Source of the DNA: Proteocatella sp. | GTDB taxonomy: Bacteria; Bacillota; Clostridia; Peptostreptococcales; Filifactoraceae | NCBI GenBank assembly: GCA_018060405.1 | Contig: JAGOWC010000001.1 | Coordinates: 1-44,231, forward strand | Direction: 5' to 3' | Length of the DNA stretch: 44,231 nucleotides | Shown here: piece after piece, positions 39,033-44,231 of the stretch | How positions within the stretch are numbered: position 1 is the first letter of the stretch | Layout: each line of letters starts with the position of its first letter | Notes under the pieces: model-generated | Database searches by the model: none | Told to the model about the DNA's origin: nothing | Seen by the model: only the letters and a program-made list of their open reading frames with translations | Made by a program: the position numbers and the translations under genes

Positions 39033-40295
39033 ATGTCAACTAAAAGAATAATTCAAGTTGAAGAGAAAGTGCCGTTCAGTATGCTCGTACCGTTAAGTCT
39101 GCAGCATACTTTTGCTATGTTTGGGGCATCTGTGCTTGTTCCGATACTGTTTGGGATAAATCCTGGAACAGTACTGCTTATGAATGGTATAGGTACGCTG
39201 CTGTTCATATTCATAACCAAGGGAAAGGCTCCCGCATATCTGGGGTCAAGCTTTGCATTCATAGGCCCGGCAAGCATAATAATTGCAGGCCAGGGATTCC
39301 AATATGCACAGGGGGCATTCGTTACGACAGGTCTGCTTGGATGTATTCTAGCATATATAATCTACAGGTTTGGCATTAAATGGATAGATATCGTTCTTCC
39401 GCCTGCTGCCATGGGACCTGTAGTTGCTCTCATAGGTCTTGAGCTTGCAGGACTTACTGTAACGGGAGGAGCGATAGGCGCAAACATAATGGTCGAGAAT
39501 TCGACTACGCAGGACATGACAGTGTTTCTCGTGACTCTGGGAGTAGCGGTATTTGGATCTGTAATGTTCAAGAAGTTCTTTGCAATAATACCGATACTGA
39601 TTTCGATAGTTGCCGGCTATGTTACGGCTATGGCATTTGGAATGATAGATTTTACTCCTGTAAAAGAAGCTGCTTTATTTACTATGCCGCTGTTTCAGCT
39701 TCCAAAATTCAGCCTTCAGGCTGCTATGACTATGCTGCCGGTGCTTCTTGTAATAACTTCCGAGCACATAAGCCATCAGGTTGTGACAAGCAACATCATA
39801 GGAAGAGACCTGCTCAAGGATCCAGGACTGCACAGAAGCATATTTGCAGACAATTTCTCTACTATGCTCTCTGGATTAATCGGAGGGGTTCCAACTACGA
39901 CATACGGTGAAAATATAGGGGTTATGGCTGTTACCGGAGTTTACAGCGTATCTGTAATAGCAGGAGCAGCTGTGATTTCAATATGCATGGCATTCATAGG
40001 ACCGCTTGCGGCTCTTATACAGACTATACCTGGAAACGTAATAGGGGGAGTTACCTTCCTGCTTTACGGAATGATAGGAGCATCAGGTATAAGACTTCTG
40101 GTTGACTCAAAGGTTGATTACAGCCAGTCAAAGAATCTCATACTTTCCTCAGTAGTATTTACATCAGGACTCAGCGGCCTTACTATAAACCTTGCTACTG
40201 TACAGCTCAAGGGTATGGTTCTGGCAAGCGTGATCGCGGTATTCATAAGCCTTTGCTTCTACATCATTGAGAAAGCCGGACTGATGAATCATTAG
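39033..40295 (+). CDS. uraA: Uracil permease (NCS2 family)
   Basis: QHTFAMFGASVLVP, YLGSSFAF, EHISH, PTTTYGENIGV signature. Confidence 0.95.
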   Translation: MSTKRIIQVEEKVPFSMLVPLSLQHTFAMFGASVLVPILFGINPGTVLLMNGIGTLLFIFITKGKAPAYLGSSFAFIGPASIIIAGQGFQYAQGAFVTTGLLGCILAYIIYRFGIKWIDIVLPPAAMGPVVALIGLELAGLTVTGGAIGANIMVENSTTQDMTVFLVTLGVAVFGSVMFKKFFAIIPILISIVAGYVTAMAFGMIDFTPVKEAALFTMPLFQLPKFSLQAAMTMLPVLLVITSEHISHQVVTSNIIGRDLLKDPGLHRSIFADNFSTMLSGLIGGVPTTTYGENIGVMAVTGVYSVSVIAGAAVISICMAFIGPLAALIQTIPGNVIGGVTFLLYGMIGASGIRLLVDSKVDYSQSKNLILSSVVFTSGLSGLTINLATVQLKGMVLASVIAVFISLCFYIIEKAGLMNH

Positions 40296-40325
40296 GAATG
40301 GATTGATAACAATATAAAAAGGCAT

Positions 40326-40357
40326 AAAAAAACTTCAGCCCAGGCTGAAGTTTTTTT
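40326..40357. terminator. Bidirectional terminator
   Basis: AAAAAAACTTCAGCC-CA-GGCTGAAGTTTTTTT. Confidence 0.85.
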
Positions 40358-40359
40358 GT

Positions 40360-42579
40360 TTATGCATTCCACTGAGCTTCGGGCACAAACCCTATTATCA
40401 CAGGGGCTGAAGAACCGTTAGGAAGCATGTAGCGCATAGTGGATGTCTTTCCGGCAGGTATCTTGCCGACATATGATGCTGAGCTCATGTAATATGAGTT
40501 GACGTACCTTGGATTTCCGTCAATCCAGCCTACGATGCCCTTGAAAGGGCCTCCGCGTGCGTTAAGGAAAACCAGTGTGTCTTCTTCAGGAGTCATGCTG
40601 ACTCTGTATTCAACACCATAATTTCCTCTGTTGATAACTGTTTCTCCGGTAATTCCATCATCACCGGTTATCCACTCAGTCTCTTTTCCGCCGAGCACTA
40701 TTGATGTAGGTATCTCGGCCGGAACATTCACGGAAAGGTTTCGGTGAGTTATGTTGAAGGTACCTCTTGGATGCTGATCCTTTGGAAGATATGTGAGAAG
40801 GCCGAGGTGATCCATGCCTGTGTTCGGGCCAACGCTGTAGATAGTGATCTTTATTTTTCCTGTAGTCTTGTATTCGCTGAGCATGGATACCAGGTGGTCT
40901 GGCTTCCAGTTTATGTTTCCTCTCGAATCGCAGACTGAGACCTTTTCTCCTGGCTTTATGTCATAGGCGCCATATGTGTTTCCCGGTGAGAAATGAGCCT
41001 CAAGGACCTTTGTTCCCACTGCGAGCGGATCGGTAGACGGACCTTTCATTCCTGTCTTCTCGAGACTGAATCTTACAGGCTTGTCATCAGTGTTTTCAAC
41101 TGTTATGAGCAGCCCGGCTCCGGAGTTTCGAGGAGATGGAATCTTGTTTACATGATAAAGCAGTATTCTTCCGTCAAGATCGGTGGTTTCCTCATAGAGG
41201 ATTCCGTAGTCATAAACATTTTCAGGAGAGTCACTCATGATGAGAGTTCCTTCTATGTCGATGAACTTGAGCTCTGACATTGTCTGGAATAGCTTGTTGT
41301 AGTCTTTGTTGTCATAGTTTTCAAGCTCTGAATTTATTGGATCTGACGCTGAGAGGTATTCAAACTGAGTCTGGACTATCCTGTCAGATATCTTTACTGT
41401 CTTTTCGTATGCCTCGCTTACATTTCCGTATGCATCTGTAAGCTTAAGAGTAACTACATAATCTCCTGTAGTGAATATCCTCGAAGGCTTTTCTTTTCTT
41501 GCCTGAGATGGGCCCTGACTTTCATGTCTGTATGACCACTCTTCCTTTATGATTTTTTCCCAGTCTTCGTTTGAATATTCAAAAGTCATGTCAAAGCTCT
41601 CTCCGCGTCCCGGTGCAGATTTTGACATGCTTACGGATTCAATAACAGGAGGCTCGTTTTTTTCTATTACAAGTGTTTTTGATATCCATTCACTCCAGTC
41701 GAGCTGAGAGTCCTGAACGCGGTATCTTACCTCATATTCTCCTGCAGGGGCCTTTGAAAGGAGCTGGTTAATGTCAGCTGATTTCTTTACGGAATCCAGG
41801 CTTGTCATAAATTCGTGCGCCACTATGGAATCATTGTCAGGATCCGAGCTTTTGTCGGTGTATTCTATCTTCTGACCGGCTATATAGCTCGGCCTTGCAA
41901 ATTCGAAATCAGCCGATGGAAGATTGTTTATTCCTGTGGTTTTCTTGATTGTGACTTCTTTTTTTGCAGGGTCATAGCTTATGGTCATGTCATAGTTGTC
42001 TACAAAGAATCTTAGAGGAAGAAGCGTTGAGCCGTTTTTAACGACCGGGGCTCCATCGAGCTGAACCTTTTCAGAGTTCACGATGGCTTCCTTGCTTCCT
42101 ATGGTAAGAGAAACTGTTTTTTCCTTGTTTACTATCTTAAGGGTCTTAGTTGCACTGTCGAATACCGGATTTACTTCGAGCAGGTTTTCTGATATGAACC
42201 TTAGCGGAAGAAATGTCCTTCCATCTATGGATTCAGCAGGGGTATCAAGCTTGATTTTCACGCCGTTTACATATGCGCTGTCGCTGCCCAGTATGAGCCT
42301 TACTACCTTCTGCTTTATTACGGAAGAGGAAGGATCTGCAGAGTCTCCAGCAGAGGCTCCATCAGCATCTTTGGAATCATCAGCCAGATCTTCCTTGGTG
42401 TCGGAAGCTTCAGCTTCGTTATTTTCTGGTTCTGTCTGTGGGTCTTCTGTTATTTCTTCTGTTATTTCTGTTTTCACGTCTGTTTCAGGTACATCAAAAA
42501 GAGCATCATTTGCATATGCAAAGGAGCTGGATGACATTATCATTGAGACGACCATTAAAATTATTACACTTTTTTTCAT
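40360..42579 (-). CDS. Secreted protein with copper-amine-oxidase N-terminal (stalk) domains and PKD-like repeats
   Basis: Signal peptide (AYA); GRTFLPLRFISE and GSTLLPLRF stalk motifs; DKSSDPDND and GDYVVTLKLTDAYGNVS PKD-like segments; SDSPE motif in the C-terminal region. Start moved to ATG 42579. Confidence 0.8.
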   Translation of the reverse strand: MKKSVIILMVVSMIMSSSSFAYANDALFDVPETDVKTEITEEITEDPQTEPENNEAEASDTKEDLADDSKDADGASAGDSADPSSSVIKQKVVRLILGSDSAYVNGVKIKLDTPAESIDGRTFLPLRFISENLLEVNPVFDSATKTLKIVNKEKTVSLTIGSKEAIVNSEKVQLDGAPVVKNGSTLLPLRFFVDNYDMTISYDPAKKEVTIKKTTGINNLPSADFEFARPSYIAGQKIEYTDKSSDPDNDSIVAHEFMTSLDSVKKSADINQLLSKAPAGEYEVRYRVQDSQLDWSEWISKTLVIEKNEPPVIESVSMSKSAPGRGESFDMTFEYSNEDWEKIIKEEWSYRHESQGPSQARKEKPSRIFTTGDYVVTLKLTDAYGNVSEAYEKTVKISDRIVQTQFEYLSASDPINSELENYDNKDYNKLFQTMSELKFIDIEGTLIMSDSPENVYDYGILYEETTDLDGRILLYHVNKIPSPRNSGAGLLITVENTDDKPVRFSLEKTGMKGPSTDPLAVGTKVLEAHFSPGNTYGAYDIKPGEKVSVCDSRGNINWKPDHLVSMLSEYKTTGKIKITIYSVGPNTGMDHLGLLTYLPKDQHPRGTFNITHRNLSVNVPAEIPTSIVLGGKETEWITGDDGITGETVINRGNYGVEYRVSMTPEEDTLVFLNARGGPFKGIVGWIDGNPRYVNSYYMSSASYVGKIPAGKTSTMRYMLPNGSSAPVIIGFVPEAQWNA

Positions 42580-42603
42580 TTCTGTTCCTTTCAAATCTGA
42601 TTG

Positions 42604-44208
42604 CTATGAAAATACTGTACTGACAAGGACTTCGAATGTTCTGTGCCATGGATATGTGAAGGTTGAGTTAACGAGGCTGTAGTTTGTCTCAACGGTTCTT
42701 TCGCCAAGGTGGATATAGTTGGTTCCACGGAATAATTTATTCAGTTCGATCACATATTTAAAACCATATTCATTAAGCAGCTGCTCTGCTTCATATTTCC
42801 TGTCTGTATATAGGTCTCCGTTTGACATTCTCATGCCTCGCGCAGTGAATATGCTTCTCATGTTGTTTATCATGAGTCCCTGATATATTATATCCTCTGC
42901 AAGTCTCACATACTTGAATTTCATAAGAGAATCAATTGATTCCTTTGCAGCCTGAGGAGTCAGCCTGTCATAGTTGAGCGAAAGATATTCAGTGGCCATA
43001 TACTGGGAAAGTACTGTTCCGACAGTGTTGGCGGCCGTATTCCAGCCTGAATATGCATCAATTGTACTGATTGAGCTTTTCTGGAAAAGCATATCCTTAA
43101 GGTTTGCGTCGCCTCTGTTTGTGTAGGCCACATCGGCAACTGCGATATAACCAGTCTTTATCTCAGGGAGCAGCTCTGATACCTTTGAAGGATTGCTGGC
43201 ATCGTTATGGATTATGAGAGTGTCATTTGCCTCGGGATTTACGGTTATTCCAAGTATTGCAAGTTTTTCGCTGACTATCTCGTCAAGCGGTGCGGACTCA
43301 TAAGGGAGATATTCCTTCATGAGGTCGGGGTTTGTATATACAAGCTTTATTTCATGAGCTGAAGGATTTTCCTGCGCGCATATCATCATCGTCAGCTCAT
43401 CTGCACCTTTCTGTACGACGACATTTTCATGTGCCTTTGAGAGAAGGCTTCTGTAGATTATGTTTGAAGGTGCAAACTGTTCGCCGTCATCCTGACCTAT
43501 ATAATATTTCTTTATGAGGCCCTGACCGGCAAGCTCGGAAATACTGGTTGCAAGCTTGGCGTGGTAAGTATACAGATCCCTGTATCTCTGTGCTATTTCA
43601 GAAGGCACATCAGCAGGGAATGGAGGTTCCGGCTTCTGAAGCGTATAGTTCAGGTCAAGCTGCTTTCCCCATGCGGCGAGTGATCTCTGGTATTTTTGAA
43701 AGTACATGTCAAACTGGCTTGGAAGCAGCCTTGGAAGTATTGAAACCACAGTTACTTTTAGCTGAGGGTTTTCGCGTATGAACTTGCTCAGGCGGTTTAC
43801 GTCATATTCTATGGAGTCAGAATTGACATAGCTCCTTGAAGATATGAGACCTCCATTGAAGAGCTGATTGGTGAATATGATCATGTTATCGCTGACAGAT
43901 GCCTTATCCTGCATCCATTTCCAGAGAGCCTCAGAGTCTGAAGCCGAAGTATAATTGTCAAGGATCTCAGAAGGAGGAAGCAGCACCGTCTGGTTCATTA
44001 TGCCTCCTGTAAGCTGAGGATACTGAGTGTTGCATGGCCTGGAATCCAGAGGGATTATCGATACGACCTGCTTTTCCGTGATCTGGCCGCTGGAAATTGC
44101 AGCCTTTGAAGAGGCTGATGTGCTGTTTGAAGCGGCAAATACTGATATGGACGAGGCATTTATCAGCATAAGCAGTGCCATTAATACTGAGGCTGTTTTT
44201 CTTTTCAT
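42604..44208 (-). CDS. Secreted DUF4127 family protein
   Basis: IPLDSRPCN, GGLISSR, GQDD, GADE, ADVAYTN.GD, YSGWNTAANTVG, PWHRTFE motifs; signal peptide. Confidence 0.85.
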   Translation of the reverse strand: MKRKTASVLMALLMLINASSISVFAASNSTSASSKAAISSGQITEKQVVSIIPLDSRPCNTQYPQLTGGIMNQTVLLPPSEILDNYTSASDSEALWKWMQDKASVSDNMIIFTNQLFNGGLISSRSYVNSDSIEYDVNRLSKFIRENPQLKVTVVSILPRLLPSQFDMYFQKYQRSLAAWGKQLDLNYTLQKPEPPFPADVPSEIAQRYRDLYTYHAKLATSISELAGQGLIKKYYIGQDDGEQFAPSNIIYRSLLSKAHENVVVQKGADELTMMICAQENPSAHEIKLVYTNPDLMKEYLPYESAPLDEIVSEKLAILGITVNPEANDTLIIHNDASNPSKVSELLPEIKTGYIAVADVAYTNRGDANLKDMLFQKSSISTIDAYSGWNTAANTVGTVLSQYMATEYLSLNYDRLTPQAAKESIDSLMKFKYVRLAEDIIYQGLMINNMRSIFTARGMRMSNGDLYTDRKYEAEQLLNEYGFKYVIELNKLFRGTNYIHLGERTVETNYSLVNSTFTYPWHRTFEVLVSTVFS

Positions 44209-44231
44209 TTTGATTCCCTTCTCTAGTCAAT

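Noticed and set aside
42445-42468. 12-bp tandem repeat TTCTGTTATTTC x2
   Set aside because: In-frame EITE duplication in a low-complexity linker; not CRISPR or a phase-variation tract
1-44231. CRISPR arrays, IS/transposases, prophage, tRNA/rRNA, metabolite riboswitches
   Set aside because: No repeat-spacer arrays, transposase/integrase ORFs or RNA-gene signatures seen by eye; intergenic regions are short and explained by promoters and terminators. An Infernal/Rfam scan would be needed for certainty.

Overview
Chromosomal, mostly housekeeping window from an anaerobic amino-acid-fermenting Clostridia bacterium. Protein style suggests Peptostreptococcales, which is an inference. From left to right it holds: the 3' end of an archaeal/eukaryote-type proS; glutamate dehydrogenase; an unlisted 56-aa 2[4Fe-4S] ferredoxin; a pyrB-C-F-K-D-E operon with a PyrR-type RNA hairpin overlapping the pyrB RBS; an acidic orphan; a thioredoxin-like [2Fe-2S] protein plus a group-B-type [FeFe]-hydrogenase; an ABC-F ATPase; an SLH surface protein; HPr; a lytic transglycosylase with two WalR-like boxes; NamZ; a MacAB-like ABC exporter; a His-phosphatase, CDF and AI-2E transporters; Xaa-Pro peptidase; a PhzF-like isomerase; a divergent RelA/SpoT-domain protein; dCMP deaminase, tagO/wecA and wecB; CoA-transferase A/B; dsdA; an RHH-protein/clpB/GNAT-pseudogene unit; uracil permease; and two secreted proteins (copper-amine-oxidase-N domain, DUF4127). 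I saw no rRNA, tRNA, IS element, prophage or CRISPR array. The best candidates for something new are the RHH-protein/clpB unit with its own palindromic operator candidate and no CIRCE/CtsR site, the SD-occluding PyrR element, the minimal [2Fe-2S]/hydrogenase pair, and the motif-divergent long RelA/SpoT protein. The GNAT gene shows an internal deletion with frameshift.
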